Part shown: piece after piece, positions 1 to 10,114 of the stretch | How positions within the stretch are numbered: the first letter of the stretch is position 1 | How the letters are laid out: the number at the start of each line of letters is the position of its first letter | Source: Candidatus Spongiisociaceae bacterium | GTDB lineage: Bacteria > Actinomycetota > Acidimicrobiia > Spongiisociales > Spongiisociaceae | Assembly: GCA_965202665.1 (NCBI GenBank) | Contig: OZ241841.1 | Coordinates: 1,344,001-1,408,000, forward strand | Direction: 5' to 3' | DNA: 64,000 nucleotides | Made by a program: the position numbers and the translations under genes | The notes under the pieces: model-generated | The model's database searches: none | What the model was told of the DNA's origin: nothing | What the model saw: the letters and a program-made list of their open reading frames with translations, nothing else

Positions 1-154
1 GGATCACCAACGGGTCGCTGGCCCCCGCCCAAGGCGGCCCGGCCAACTCGTCCCACCGGCCGGCCAACTCCTCCAACACCGCCAGCGGGGCCAAGCCCAA
101 CTGGGTGAAAATCTCTTCCAGATCCCGCCGGAGCGGAGTCAGTTCCCCACTCAT
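1..154 (-). CDS. DUF721/DciA-family protein, 5' part (runs off the window)
   Basis: ATGA overlap with the recF stop; reads MSGELTPLRRDLEEIF...RWDELAGPPWAGASDPLVI; usual position after recF in actinobacteria. Confidence 0.7.
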   Translation of the reverse strand, partial: MSGELTPLRRDLEEIFTQLGLAPLAVLEELAGRWDELAGPPWAGASDPLVI

Positions 155-1233
155 CGCACCGCTCCCTCCGACACATGCCACAGCCTGCCCGCCACCGGCA
201 CTTCCTCCTCGCGGGCGGTGGTGATAAAAGTCTGCGCCCCCGGCAAAGCCTCGGCCAAAGCGGTGGAGCGTTGCGCGTCCAACTCGGAGAACACATCGTC
301 CAACAGGAGCAAAGGGGCCTCCCCGGTCTTGCGCCGCACCGCGGCGTGGGCGGCCAGCCGTATCGCCAAGGCCAAAGTTCGTTGCTCGCCTTGGCTGGCC
401 CGGGTTCGGGAATCCCGCTCCCCCAGCCGGATGGTCAAATCATCCCGGTGCGGCCCCGTGGTGGACATCCTCCGTTCCATGTCATCCGACCGGGAGCGGG
501 CCAAGGCCCCGGCCAACTGGTCGGACCACTCCCCCTCTCCAGGGTTCGCCCATCCGGCCTGGTAACTCAAACGGACCTGGACATCCGATTCGGACATTTT
601 CCGATACATAGCGGCGGTCTCCTCCTGCAGGGCGGCGATGGTCGCCTGCCGTCTATCCATCAGTTTGCCCCCCGCCTGTGACAAACGGCCGTCCCACACG
701 TCCAAGGTGGCGGGATCGGCCCCTCTTCCTTGGGAGCGAAGCAAGGCGTTGCGTTGCCGCAGGGCCCGCTCGTAGTCCTGTTGATCTTGATAGGCCCCCG
801 GCCAGATCTGCACCGCCGTCGCGTCCAACAGATGGCGCCGGTAGGACGGGCTCCGTTTCACAAAATCCAAATCATCGGGGAGGAAGACCACGGCGCGCAC
901 CGCCCCCAACAGGTCGGCGGCCCGGGACAGGCGGCGCCGGTTCAGCTGGGCGCGCCGGCGGCCTGCGGCCGGTATTTCAATCTCCACCAAAGCGGAGGAT
1001 TCTCCTTGCTCCGCCTCCCCGCGCACCACGCACTGTTCGCGCCCGGCGGCCACCAACTCGGAGTCCGGGACGCGCCGGAAGGAACGCAGAGAACCCAGGT
1101 AACCGATCGCTTCCAACAGGTTCGTCTTGCCCGCCCCGTTGCGCCCCGTCAGCACATTGACATCAGGTTCGGGTTCCCAGCGCAGGTCCCCGTAACTGCG
1201 GAACCCCGCCAACTCCAGCCAGACGAGCCCCAT
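151..1233 (-). CDS. recF: DNA replication/repair protein RecF
   Basis: FRSY, Walker A GRNGAGKTN, GPHRDDL, SQGEQR, LLLDDVFSELD motifs; downstream of dnaN. Confidence 0.97.
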   Translation of the reverse strand: MGLVWLELAGFRSYGDLRWEPEPDVNVLTGRNGAGKTNLLEAIGYLGSLRSFRRVPDSELVAAGREQCVVRGEAEQGESSALVEIEIPAAGRRRAQLNRRRLSRAADLLGAVRAVVFLPDDLDFVKRSPSYRRHLLDATAVQIWPGAYQDQQDYERALRQRNALLRSQGRGADPATLDVWDGRLSQAGGKLMDRRQATIAALQEETAAMYRKMSESDVQVRLSYQAGWANPGEGEWSDQLAGALARSRSDDMERRMSTTGPHRDDLTIRLGERDSRTRASQGEQRTLALAIRLAAHAAVRRKTGEAPLLLLDDVFSELDAQRSTALAEALPGAQTFITTAREEEVPVAGRLWHVSEGAVR

Positions 1234-1252
1234 GGCGCCGCCCCGCCGGGGC

Positions 1253-2440
1253 CTAGACGCGCACGGGCATAAGCAGATACTGGAAGCCGCCCGGATCCCG
1301 ACCTCTGATCAGCCCCGGCTTGAGGCCGTCCACCACCTCCAAGGCCACTTTGTCGGTTTCAATGGCCGCCACCCCGTCCCGGACGTAGGTGGGGTTGAAC
1401 GCAACATCGATCTCTTCTTCCGGGCCCTCGAAGGCGCCGGCTATCAACTCCGACTCGCCCCCCACGTCCTGGCGTTGGACGGAAAGTTGCGCCCCGGTGG
1501 AGGTCAGTTTCAGTTTGATGGGTATGTGATCCTCCGCCACCAAAACCGCTCGGTCGAGAGCTGCCAGCATCTGGGTGCGCTCGAACGTCATCCGATTGGG
1601 ATTACTGTCGGGAAGCAACTGACGGTAGTTGGGAAAGGTCCCGTCGATCAACCGCAGGCTAAGAATCCCCCGCTCGGAGGCGAATACCGCGGTGCGCTCA
1701 TCGATGGCCACCCGCACCTCTTCGGCGCCGACCGTTCGCTCCATCTCGTTCAAGCCGCGGGCGGGCACCAAGCCGGCCCCGGACAATTTCACCTCCGGCA
1801 GGTCGCGCACCGCCAGCCGATAGGAGTCGGTGGCCACCAAGCGCATCCCCCCGTCTTCGTTTTCAATTTGGACTCCGGTGAGAATGGGGCGCGCCTCGTC
1901 GGTGGATGCGGCCACCGTCACCTGGGAGATGGCGGCCGCCAGCTGTTTGCCGGACACGGTGACCGCTTCTTCCAAATTAGGTTCATCCAGGTTGGGGAAA
2001 TCTTCCGCCGACATAACTCGAATATTGAACTGGGGACCGCCCTCGCCGGATCCCTGGCCGGAAACCTTTACCGCTCCGTCCTCGGAACTGATGGTGATCG
2101 CCCCCTCCGGCATTTTCCTCAGCACGTCCGTAATCAACTTGCTGGGCACCACGCACCGGCCCTCGGAATGTACGCTCACTTGTACAGTTACGCGGACCGT
2201 CACATCCAGACTGGACCCGGTGATGGTCAACTGGCCCGCGGAGGCCTCGCACAGCACCCCTTGCAAAATAGGCATGGAAGTACGGGAGCCGACCCCTCGA
2301 TTGGCGCGGGCGAACCCATCCGCCAACTCATCACGGTCGGCGCGGATCTCCAATCCGGCGTTGGAAGGCCCCTCCGAGTTCGGTGACGCCTCCTCAAGAG
2401 CCGGAGTTTCCATTTCGGTTACGGTCTGGTCGGTTTCCAC
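1253..2440 (-). CDS. dnaN: DNA polymerase III beta clamp (start moved to GTG 2440)
   Basis: ATDSYRLA, GTFPNY, YLLMPVR motifs; GGGAGG SD upstream of GTG 2440; the longer track ORF runs into oriC. Confidence 0.95.
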   Translation of the reverse strand: METDQTVTEMETPALEEASPNSEGPSNAGLEIRADRDELADGFARANRGVGSRTSMPILQGVLCEASAGQLTITGSSLDVTVRVTVQVSVHSEGRCVVPSKLITDVLRKMPEGAITISSEDGAVKVSGQGSGEGGPQFNIRVMSAEDFPNLDEPNLEEAVTVSGKQLAAAISQVTVAASTDEARPILTGVQIENEDGGMRLVATDSYRLAVRDLPEVKLSGAGLVPARGLNEMERTVGAEEVRVAIDERTAVFASERGILSLRLIDGTFPNYRQLLPDSNPNRMTFERTQMLAALDRAVLVAEDHIPIKLKLTSTGAQLSVQRQDVGGESELIAGAFEGPEEEIDVAFNPTYVRDGVAAIETDKVALEVVDGLKPGLIRGRDPGGFQYLLMPVRV

Positions 2441-2454
2441 GGTCTTTCCTCCCG

Positions 2455-2630
2455 TTCTATGATGGTTGCTAATATTAGTATATAACAAGTTATCGTAGTA
2501 GACAATGTGTATAAGTGGATATTGTCTCAAAAGTGCTGGTCAGGGGCGGTTTCGGTTGGCCACAGCCGGTGTGGACGGCGGGCCGGTTATGCACCGCCCG
2601 GCGCGCGGCGGAGCGGGCGGTCGTGGAAAA
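2455..2630. other. Replication origin (oriC) unwinding region between dnaA and dnaN
   Basis: AT-rich tract 2458-2505, TAGTAG (DnaA-trio-like) 2496-2501, DnaA box TGTGTATAA 2506-2514 overlapping AGTGGATAT 2514-2522, further degenerate boxes downstream. Confidence 0.8.
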
Positions 2631-2647
2631 GCGCGGGCGACGGTGGT

Positions 2648-4036
2648 TCATTTGGCGGACAGCGCGTGGGACAGGTCGGTTACCTCGTCGCACAGGTTCA
2701 AATCGGTGGGAAGCCGTCGCTGCACCTTGTTGTAGGCGTGCATGACGGTGGTGTGATCCCGGTTGCCGAACAGTTTGCCGATCTTCGGGTAGGACAGGTT
2801 GGCCAGGTCCCGGCATAGGTACATCGCCACCTGGCGGGCCAGGACCAACTTCGATTTGCGGCTGGGGCCTTCCATGTCGGCGATGGAGAACCCGTACCGT
2901 ATGGCGGTTTTAGCTAAGATTTCCGGGCCGCTGGGGCGGCGGCCGGTTCCGGACGGGAGCATGTCCCGCAGGGCGTTTTCCGCCAATTCCAACGTGATGG
3001 GGCGCGCTTCCAAGGCGGCGTAGGCCGCTACCCGATTGAGGGCCCCTTCCAGTTCCCGAATGTTGTCGGTGATGTGGCGGGCGATGAAATCCAGGACTTC
3101 ATCGGGGGCCGGCACTTTGGACAGCTCGGCGTTGCTGCGGAGGATGGCCTGCCTGGTTTCCACATCGGGCGGGCCGATGTCGGTCATTAATCCGGAGGTG
3201 AACCGGGAACGGAGGCGCTCCTCGATGGCCGACAGATCCTTGGGGGGGCGGTCGCAGGTGAGAACCATCTGCCGGTCGGCTTCGTGCAGGGCGTTGAAGG
3301 TGTGGAACACTTCTTCCAGGACCTGCTCCTTGCCTTCGAAGAACTGGATGTCGTCTACCAGCAACAGATTGGCGCTTCGGTAACGTTGCTTGAATTCGTC
3401 CATTCGCTTGCGCCGTATGCTGTCGATGAATTCGTTGACGAAGTTTTCCGAGGTGGCGTAGCGGATGCGGGCCCCCGGCCGCATGGCCTTGGTGTGGTGG
3501 CTGACGGCGTGCAACAGGTGGGTCTTTCCCAAACCCGCCGCGCCGTAGATGAACAGCGGGTTGTAACGTCCGCCGGGCTGTTCGGCCACCGCTTTGGCGG
3601 CCGCTAAGGCCAGGCGGTTGGAGGAACCGGCGATGAAGTTGTCGAATACGTATTTGCCGGCTAGGCGGGAGGCGGGGCCGGAGCCGTTGCTTTCGGGCGG
3701 CGGCTCGGTCGGCTCGGTTGCGGCGACGGGCGGGGTCCGGGTGCGGGAGGGAGCGGAGCCGTTCCCTGTTCCTGGGGACGCCAAGCGATCGGACACCGCA
3801 TATTCCACCGAGGCGGCGGATCCGAGATGTTCTTCGGCGGCCTGGTCCAGCAGGTGCTGGTAGTTCTCGCTGAGCCATTGGCTGTGGAAGGCGGATGGTG
3901 AGATCACGCGTAACACCCGCTCATCGATTTCGAAGTTTACCGAGGAGAACCATGTGCTCCATTTCATGGTCGGTATGCGAGACTGGAGCGTCTCGACGAG
4001 TTGTCTGTTGTTGGTAATGGTCCGTGTTTGTGCCAC
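2648..4036 (-). CDS. dnaA: Chromosomal replication initiator DnaA
   Basis: YNPLFIYGAAGLGKTHL, LLVDDIQF, NIRELEGAL, RDHTTVMH motifs. Confidence 0.98.
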   Translation of the reverse strand: MAQTRTITNNRQLVETLQSRIPTMKWSTWFSSVNFEIDERVLRVISPSAFHSQWLSENYQHLLDQAAEEHLGSAASVEYAVSDRLASPGTGNGSAPSRTRTPPVAATEPTEPPPESNGSGPASRLAGKYVFDNFIAGSSNRLALAAAKAVAEQPGGRYNPLFIYGAAGLGKTHLLHAVSHHTKAMRPGARIRYATSENFVNEFIDSIRRKRMDEFKQRYRSANLLLVDDIQFFEGKEQVLEEVFHTFNALHEADRQMVLTCDRPPKDLSAIEERLRSRFTSGLMTDIGPPDVETRQAILRSNAELSKVPAPDEVLDFIARHITDNIRELEGALNRVAAYAALEARPITLELAENALRDMLPSGTGRRPSGPEILAKTAIRYGFSIADMEGPSRKSKLVLARQVAMYLCRDLANLSYPKIGKLFGNRDHTTVMHAYNKVQRRLPTDLNLCDEVTDLSHALSAK

Positions 4037-4071
4037 CGCTTTGGCCTCCCGGTTCTGATGCGCCGTTGCGG

Positions 4072-4104
4072 ATTTCCACAGCCCTTTTCCACAGGTGTGG
4101 AGAA
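4072..4104. promoter_or_regulatory. DnaA-box cluster upstream of dnaA
   Basis: ATTTCCACA 4072-4080, TTTTCCACA 4085-4093 and inverted TGTGGAGAA 4096-4104. Confidence 0.7.
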
Positions 4105-4627
4105 GATGTGCGGGTCACACTTTGGTACATGTGGCTTATGACGGCGATGGCAACCAGGGGCTGCCTCCGTGTATGTCCCCGATGGACGAAGCAAGCCATT
4201 CGCTTGAGCTCGCCCCGTCCCTCGTTCGGTGAGGAGAATACACGGCCGCCGCCGCCCGCCTGAAAGGGCAAAACACCGCCCATTTGCCTCCCTAAAGCGC
4301 TGAATTCCCTAGTAGATGGCAAAAAACGACTCTCCCCCGGCGCTCTTCCGATGAGTCAAGCCGTTATGAAAAATTTTCCCGGTCTTAATTTTTAATTCCC
4401 GACCTGCTCCCGGCCGAGCCCGGTTCGGATGTCCCCGGGATCGCCGGTACGCCCGCCCCGGTCCGTCAACGCCAGCCGTATTATGGCCGGCCCGGGGGGT
4501 CCTGCTTTGCAAACCGCGGGGAAAGGTCGTATAATGGGGGAAACCGCGCCCCGGGCCCGGATGTCGCACAGAGGCGACTGACCGCCGTCCGGCCGGGACC
4601 GAACTATGAGCCGCTTGGAGTTTCATC

Positions 4628-4762
4628 GTGAAGCGAACCTACCAACCGAACAATCGTCGCCGGAAGCGCAAGCACGGCTTCCGTCGCCGGATGCGAACCC
4701 GGCAGGGCCGGATGCTTCTGAAACGGCGGCGTCAGAAGGGCAGACGCCGCTTGGCCGCGTAA
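4628..4762 (+). CDS. rpmH: 50S ribosomal protein L34 (absent from ORF track)
   Basis: GTG start, [44 protein letters not shown], 44 aa. Confidence 0.97.
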   Translation: MKRTYQPNNRRRKRKHGFRRRMRTRQGRMLLKRRRQKGRRRLAA

Positions 4763-4771
4763 CCGGCGCCG

Positions 4772-5134
4772 ATGGCATCCGGAACGGCATCGGTGCGCAC
4801 CTTTCAATCTCTGCGCGGCTCCGGACGGTTCGACGATTTATTTCGCAACGGCGTTAGGGTGAGGCACCAGGGGGTGACGGTCGTCAAGCTGGATCGGGAG
4901 CCGGGACCGGCCCGGGTGGGCTTGGTAGTGGGCCGTCGGGTGGGCGGAGCGGTAATGCGCAACCGGATAAAGCGCCGTCTGCGGGAGGCTTTGCGCCGGG
5001 TGGGGGTGGCCCCGGGGGCGGATTACGCGGTGATAGCGTCCGACAAGTTGGCGCAAGCGCGGTTTAGCGCGGTTTGCGATTGGATACAGACGGCGTTGGA
5101 CGAGGCCGAAACGGCAATGGAGATGAAGAAATGA
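4772..5134 (+). CDS. rnpA: Ribonuclease P protein component
   Basis: RVGLVVGRRVGGAVMRNRIKRRLRE motif; follows rpmH. Confidence 0.93.
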   Translation: MASGTASVRTFQSLRGSGRFDDLFRNGVRVRHQGVTVVKLDREPGPARVGLVVGRRVGGAVMRNRIKRRLREALRRVGVAPGADYAVIASDKLAQARFSAVCDWIQTALDEAETAMEMKK

Positions 5135-5418
5135 GGTCCAACCAGGCAACCGAAGCCGACCTCGCTCCCCCCGAGGCGGGGCGAGTCGGCCCGTTGGCGA
5201 TGGCCGGTCGGGCTATGATTACGGTTTACCAGAACACGATCGGCCCGATGTTGCCGAGTTCTTGCCGGTTTTATCCGACCTGTTCCCGCTATGCCTATCA
5301 GGCGATGGGGCGGTTCGGCTTCTGGAAGGGGTCTTGGATGGGCTTGAGAAGGATCGGGCGGTGCAATCCTTTCACCCCCGGCGGCGTCGATCCGGTTCCT
5401 GAGCGAAAGGAAAGTTGA
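5131..5418 (+). CDS. yidD: Membrane protein insertion efficiency factor YidD
   Basis: CRFYPTCSRY...RCNPFTPGGVDPVP; ATGA overlap with rnpA. Confidence 0.93.
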   Translation: MRSNQATEADLAPPEAGRVGPLAMAGRAMITVYQNTIGPMLPSSCRFYPTCSRYAYQAMGRFGFWKGSWMGLRRIGRCNPFTPGGVDPVPERKES

Positions 5419-6287
5419 TGGGGCAACTTTGGGACGGGTTGCAGTCCCTTTTAGGAGGTATTTTATCGTTCTTTTACGATATTATACCCAACTACGGGGT
5501 TTCCATCATTTTTCTGACCTTGGTGGTCAACCTGCTGGTTTTTCCGCTCACCCTTAAGCAGGTGCGCTCCACCCGGGCCATGCAGGAACTTCAGCCTGAG
5601 ATGCAACGATTGCGCAAGGAATACAAGGATGATCCGGAAACGATGAACAAAATGGTGATGGAACTGTACCGGAGCCGGGGGGCGAGCCCTTTGGGATGCG
5701 TATTCCCGTTGCTGGTGCAGATGCCCATTTGGTTCGCTCTGTTTCAGGTATTGCGCGAGCCGGAAAGGGGTTTGCCCGCCGGGTCGGCTTTGGACTCGGC
5801 CCGTCTGGATGGGCCTTTGACCTTCTTCGGCTTGGATTTGGCCCGGGAACCGTCCACTGCGGTGTCCGAGTGGGGGGTTCTTTCCTTGCAGGCTCTCCCC
5901 TATCTGGCTATGGTGTTGATCGTTATCGGCACCGGTTACCTGCAACAGAAACTGATCGCCCCCAAATCATCAACTGCGGACCAGTCGCCTCAGGCGCAGA
6001 GCATGCAAAGGATAACCAAGGTTTTGCCGTTGGTGTTTGGGGCGATCTCGTATATCTGGCCGATCGGTTTGAACCTGTATTTTGCCACGAGCAACCTGTT
6101 CAGAACCGGACAGCAGCTCCTGATTTTCAAGATAGACGGCCGCCCTGGTCAGGAAAAGCGAGAAAAAGGGCCGCCGGACAATGGCCAGCCGCAACTTGGC
6201 GCTGACCAGAAGCAAGGGCAGGTGGATAAGCCACCGCCGAAACCACAGGGTTCGCGTAAGAAGCGCTCCCGACGTAGGAGAGGGTAG
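5418..6287 (+). CDS. yidC: Membrane protein insertase YidC/Oxa1
   Basis: PLTLKQ, MQELQPE, GCVFPLLVQMPIW motifs; conserved synteny. Confidence 0.93.
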   Translation: MGQLWDGLQSLLGGILSFFYDIIPNYGVSIIFLTLVVNLLVFPLTLKQVRSTRAMQELQPEMQRLRKEYKDDPETMNKMVMELYRSRGASPLGCVFPLLVQMPIWFALFQVLREPERGLPAGSALDSARLDGPLTFFGLDLAREPSTAVSEWGVLSLQALPYLAMVLIVIGTGYLQQKLIAPKSSTADQSPQAQSMQRITKVLPLVFGAISYIWPIGLNLYFATSNLFRTGQQLLIFKIDGRPGQEKREKGPPDNGQPQLGADQKQGQVDKPPPKPQGSRKKRSRRRRG

Positions 6288-6292
6288 GACAA

Positions 6293-7066
6293 ATGGTGGA
6301 ATGGGTAGAGACCACAGCCAAATCAGTCAAGTTGGCGGTGAAAGCCGCCATGGAGGAACTGGGCCTGGAGGACGAGGAACAGGCCGAGATCAAGGTGATC
6401 CAGGAGGCGCAAGGCGGCTTTCTGGGCATTGGCGGGCAGGACGCCATCGTACGCGTGAAGCCCCGCCCCCGGCCGCGCAATCGTAAAAGGCCCCGCAAGC
6501 AGGGAGAACCCGCCCGCCCCAAACGCCCCGCTGCCGACAACCGTCCCCCGGCCGCCGAGCGTTCTTCTTCCGGTGCTCCAGATGCTCCGTCCCGGGCCGA
6601 TGTCTCCCGGGAGCCGGATCAGCAAGATGCCAAGATCGTCAAGAAGTTCTTGGAAGGACTGTTGGAACAGTTCGGCTTGGAGGGCAAGGTAAAGGTGGAA
6701 ATCAAGGGGAAAGTCATCCTGGCCAACGTGACCGGGGAACAGACAGAGGCCTTGATAGGCCCCAAAGCCAGTGTGTTGCAGTCCGTACATGAACTGACCA
6801 AGACGGTTTTGCAACGCAAGACGGCCAAACGGTTGCGCGTTCGGTTGGATATAGCCGGTTACGCGGCGCGCAGGCAGGAGGCGTTGGTGATCTATGCCGG
6901 AAAACTGGCTCAGCAGGTCGTGGAGGAGCACACCGAGATAATGCTGGAGCCGATGAACGCCGGAGATCGGAAGGTGGTGCATGACGCCATCTCCGAGGTG
7001 GAGGGGGTTCGCTCCTATTCGGAAGGCGAAGAACCGCGTCGCTCGGTGGTGATATCCCCCGAATAG
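6293..7066 (+). CDS. jag: Jag/EloR RNA-binding protein (Jag_N, KH, R3H)
   Basis: GGFLGIGG, LIG KH loop, RKVVH R3H, SYSEGEEPRR. Confidence 0.92.
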   Translation: MVEWVETTAKSVKLAVKAAMEELGLEDEEQAEIKVIQEAQGGFLGIGGQDAIVRVKPRPRPRNRKRPRKQGEPARPKRPAADNRPPAAERSSSGAPDAPSRADVSREPDQQDAKIVKKFLEGLLEQFGLEGKVKVEIKGKVILANVTGEQTEALIGPKASVLQSVHELTKTVLQRKTAKRLRVRLDIAGYAARRQEALVIYAGKLAQQVVEEHTEIMLEPMNAGDRKVVHDAISEVEGVRSYSEGEEPRRSVVISPE

Positions 7067-7067
7067 A

Positions 7068-7083
7068 TGTTTCACGTGAAACA
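7068..7083. promoter_or_regulatory. parS centromere-like site
   Basis: Perfect palindrome TGTTTCACGTGAAACA, the canonical bacterial parS. Confidence 0.95.
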
Positions 7084-7099
7084 TAGCGGCGGGGAATGC

Positions 7100-7127
7100 T
7101 TGACAATCCGTCCGGAGTCGCTAGATT
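7100..7127 (+). promoter_or_regulatory. sigma70-type promoter of parAB, probably leaderless
   Basis: TTGACA 7100-7105, 16 nt spacer, TAGATT 7122-7127, ATG 6 nt later with no SD. Confidence 0.7.
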
Positions 7128-7133
7128 GGGCCT

Positions 7134-7913
7134 ATGAACCGGCCCCTGATAGTCGCCATCGCCAATCAAAAGGGCGGAGTAGGCAAAACAACCACCGCCA
7201 TTAGCTTGTCAGCCTGCTTGGCGATTATGGATAAGAGGGTGTTGGTGGTGGACCTGGATCCTCAGGGCAACACCACCTCCGGGCTAGGTGTGGAACCGAA
7301 CGAGCTGGAGACCTCCGTCTACGATGTGTTGTTAGGCGATGCCTCGTTGTTGGATTCCACCGAACCGACCAGCGTCAAGAACTTGTTCCTAGTTCCCGCC
7401 ACCATTGATTTAGCCGGGGCGGAAATAGAGCTGGTATCGGTTATGAATCGGGAAAGAAGGTTGGATTCTGCTCTGGCGGAGACCGGTGACGACTATGACT
7501 ACATCTTCGTGGATTGCCCGCCCAGCCTGGGCTTGCTTACCATCAACGCCTTGGCGGCCTGCGATGAGATACTGATACCCATTCAATGCGAATATTACGC
7601 CTTGGAGGGGCTGGGCCAGCTGTTGCGCAACGTGGAACTGGTGAAAGAAAACCTGAACAACAGGTTGGAAGTGGGAGGGGTGTTGCTTACCATGTACGAT
7701 GGCCGCACCAAACTGTCCTCGCAGGTGGTGGATGAAGTCCGGGAGTATTTCGGCGACAAAGCCTACAAAGCGGTGGTTCCCCGCTCGGTTCGGCTATCCG
7801 AAGCCCCTTCCTACGGTGAACCGATTGAAACCTACTCTGGTATGAGTCCGGGAGCCATCGCCTATCGGCTGGCGGCCCGGGAGTTTATCCAACGACACGA
7901 CAAGGAGGAGTAA
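7134..7913 (+). CDS. parA: Chromosome partitioning ATPase ParA/Soj
   Basis: NQKGGVGKTT, DLDPQGN, DCPPSLG. Confidence 0.97.
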   Translation: MNRPLIVAIANQKGGVGKTTTAISLSACLAIMDKRVLVVDLDPQGNTTSGLGVEPNELETSVYDVLLGDASLLDSTEPTSVKNLFLVPATIDLAGAEIELVSVMNRERRLDSALAETGDDYDYIFVDCPPSLGLLTINALAACDEILIPIQCEYYALEGLGQLLRNVELVKENLNNRLEVGGVLLTMYDGRTKLSSQVVDEVREYFGDKAYKAVVPRSVRLSEAPSYGEPIETYSGMSPGAIAYRLAAREFIQRHDKEE

Positions 7914-7914
7914 A

Positions 7915-8748
7915 ATGGCGGAACGCAGATCCGGGCTGGGGCGAGGACTGGGGGCGTTGATCCCGGCGGGGACGGGGCGCAATCTGGAATACATTTCTTT
8001 GGGCGATATTCAGCCCAACCTGCGCCAGCCCCGCACCGATTTTGACCGGGAATCTCTGGATTCGCTGACCGAGTCCATTCGGCGGGTGGGGGTGTTGCAA
8101 CCGGTGGTGTTGAGACCGCAGGGGGATGGTTACGCGTTGGTGGCCGGGGAGCGGCGCTGGCGGGCGGCGCAGGCGGCCGGCTTGGAGGAAATTCCCGCTC
8201 TGATAAGGGAAACCGATGAACAAGGATCGCTGACCGAGGCTCTGGTGGAGAACTTGCAACGGGAAGACCTGGGTCCGTTGGAAGAAGCGGCCGCTTTCGC
8301 TCAACTGCAGGGTGATTTTGGGATGACTCATGCCGAAATAGGGGAGAGGGTGGGCCGCAGTCGGGCCGCTATAACCAACTCTCTGCGCCTTTTGCAACTT
8401 AGTCCGGTTATTCAGGCCGCCTTGGTCACCGGCGATCTGACCGCCGGGCACGCCCGGGTCCTGCTCAGCGTGGAGGACCCGGCTGAAGCCGAGGATATGG
8501 CGGAACGGGCCATCGCCGGGGACTGGTCGGTGCGCCGTTTGGAGGCGGAGATCGCAGCTCGGAAAGAAAGCGGGCATCCGCTGACGAGGGAGATGCGTCC
8601 GGCGGCGGTGATTGAGTTGGAGAACCGGTTGGCCGACCAGCTGGGGACCAAAGTTCGCATCCGCTACAAAAACAACAAAGGCCAGGTCACGCTCAGTTTT
8701 TCCAGCCTGGACCAGTTGGAAACCATTTACCGCCGGTTTTTCACCTGA
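7915..8748 (+). CDS. parB: Chromosome partitioning protein ParB
   Basis: GLGRGLGALI, QPR, AGERRWRAA, ENLQREDL. Confidence 0.97.
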   Translation: MAERRSGLGRGLGALIPAGTGRNLEYISLGDIQPNLRQPRTDFDRESLDSLTESIRRVGVLQPVVLRPQGDGYALVAGERRWRAAQAAGLEEIPALIRETDEQGSLTEALVENLQREDLGPLEEAAAFAQLQGDFGMTHAEIGERVGRSRAAITNSLRLLQLSPVIQAALVTGDLTAGHARVLLSVEDPAEAEDMAERAIAGDWSVRRLEAEIAARKESGHPLTREMRPAAVIELENRLADQLGTKVRIRYKNNKGQVTLSFSSLDQLETIYRRFFT

Positions 8749-9097
8749 AAAATCCCCTTCCCTCGGTTTGTGGATAGGACAACCAGTCGGAAAGCTGGTT
8801 GATCATATCCGCTTTGCTACGGGCCCCCACGATTCGTTTGCGTTCCATCCCGTTTTGGAACAGGATCATAGTGGGGATGCTCATCACATCGTGCGAGGCG
8901 GGCGTTTGCGGGTTCTCGTCGATGTTCAGTTTGGCGATGGTGAGCCGATCCCCGTGTTCGACTGAAATCGCCTCCAAGACGGGGGCTACCAACCGGCAGG
9001 GGCCGCACCATTCGGCCCAGAAGTCAACCAAGATAGGTTGCTCGCCGGAGATATGCTCCGCGAAGTCGGCGTCGGACAGGGTGATGATTGCGGACAT
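8741..9097 (-). CDS. trxA: Thioredoxin
   Basis: DFWAEWCGPC active site. Confidence 0.96.
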   Translation of the reverse strand: MSAIITLSDADFAEHISGEQPILVDFWAEWCGPCRLVAPVLEAISVEHGDRLTIAKLNIDENPQTPASHDVMSIPTMILFQNGMERKRIVGARSKADMINQLSDWLSYPQTEGRGFFR

Positions 9098-9154
9098 CAG
9101 TCCTCCTTGTTAGTTATCGCTACTTTATGTAGCAAGGTTTAGAGCTTCCAGGTT

Positions 9155-10114
9155 TTAGCCGGGGCGGTGTTCGGACTCCATCCATCGTTCGGCGTCGATG
9201 GCGGCCGCGCAACCGGTTCCGGCCGCGGTGACCGCCTGACGATACACGGTGTCGGCTACATCCCCGGCGGCGAACACCCCGGGCGCGCTGGTCATGGTAC
9301 CAGGTCCGGGCAGGATGACGTACCCGTTGTCGTCCAACTCCAGTTGCCCTTTGAACAGGGAAGTGTTGGGGTCGTGGCCGATGGCTACGAACACCCCCTC
9401 GCAGGCCAGCTCCTTTGTTTCCCCGGTTTGCGTGTCGCGCAACCGCGCCCCGCTCACCCCGTCTTCGCCCAGAATTTCCTCCACCACCGCGTTCCAGATC
9501 ACCCTGATTTTGTCGTGGGACAGGGCGCGGTCGGCCATGATCCGGGAGGCCCGGAATTCGTCCCGCCGGTGAACTATGGTAACCCGGGAAGCGAACTTGG
9601 TGAGGAACAGCGCTTCTTCCATCGCCGAGTCGCCTCCGCCTACCACGATGATTTCCTTGTCTCGGAAGAAGAACCCGTCGCAGGTGGCGCAGGCGGACAC
9701 TCCTTTGCCGATGAGGCGCTCCTCGCCGGAAACTTCCAGCCAGCGGGCGGAAGCACCGGTGGCGATAATAATAGTTTGCGATAGATAACGTTGATTATCT
9801 ACTTTCGCTTCGAAGGGACGCTCCGTCAGTTGCACGGCGGTGACATCGGCGGGAACCAAACGGGCGCCGAACCGCTCCGCTTGGTCGCGGAACAGGTCCA
9901 TCAAGTCCGGGCCCATTATCCCCGCCGGGAAGCCGGGATAGTTTTCCACATCGGTGGTGATCATCAACTGCCCGCCGGCGCTGAACCCTTCGAACACCAG
10001 CGGGGACAGGTTGGCGCGGGCGGCGTAGAGGGCGGCGGTCAGCCCGGCCGGTCCCGACCCGATGATTATCACTTTCTCCGCAGGATTGTCCCCGTTGGAT
10101 ATTTGGTCAGTCAT
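9155..10114 (-). CDS. trxB: Thioredoxin reductase
   Basis: [28 protein letters not shown]. Confidence 0.97.
   Translation of the reverse strand: MTDQISNGDNPAEKVIIIGSGPAGLTAALYAARANLSPLVFEGFSAGGQLMITTDVENYPGFPAGIMGPDLMDLFRDQAERFGARLVPADVTAVQLTERPFEAKVDNQRYLSQTIIIATGASARWLEVSGEERLIGKGVSACATCDGFFFRDKEIIVVGGGDSAMEEALFLTKFASRVTIVHRRDEFRASRIMADRALSHDKIRVIWNAVVEEILGEDGVSGARLRDTQTGETKELACEGVFVAIGHDPNTSLFKGQLELDDNGYVILPGPGTMTSAPGVFAAGDVADTVYRQAVTAAGTGCAAAIDAERWMESEHRPG

Noticed and set aside
2441-2530. N-terminal extension of DnaN
   Set aside because: It translates the oriC AT-rich tract; the SD supports GTG 2440
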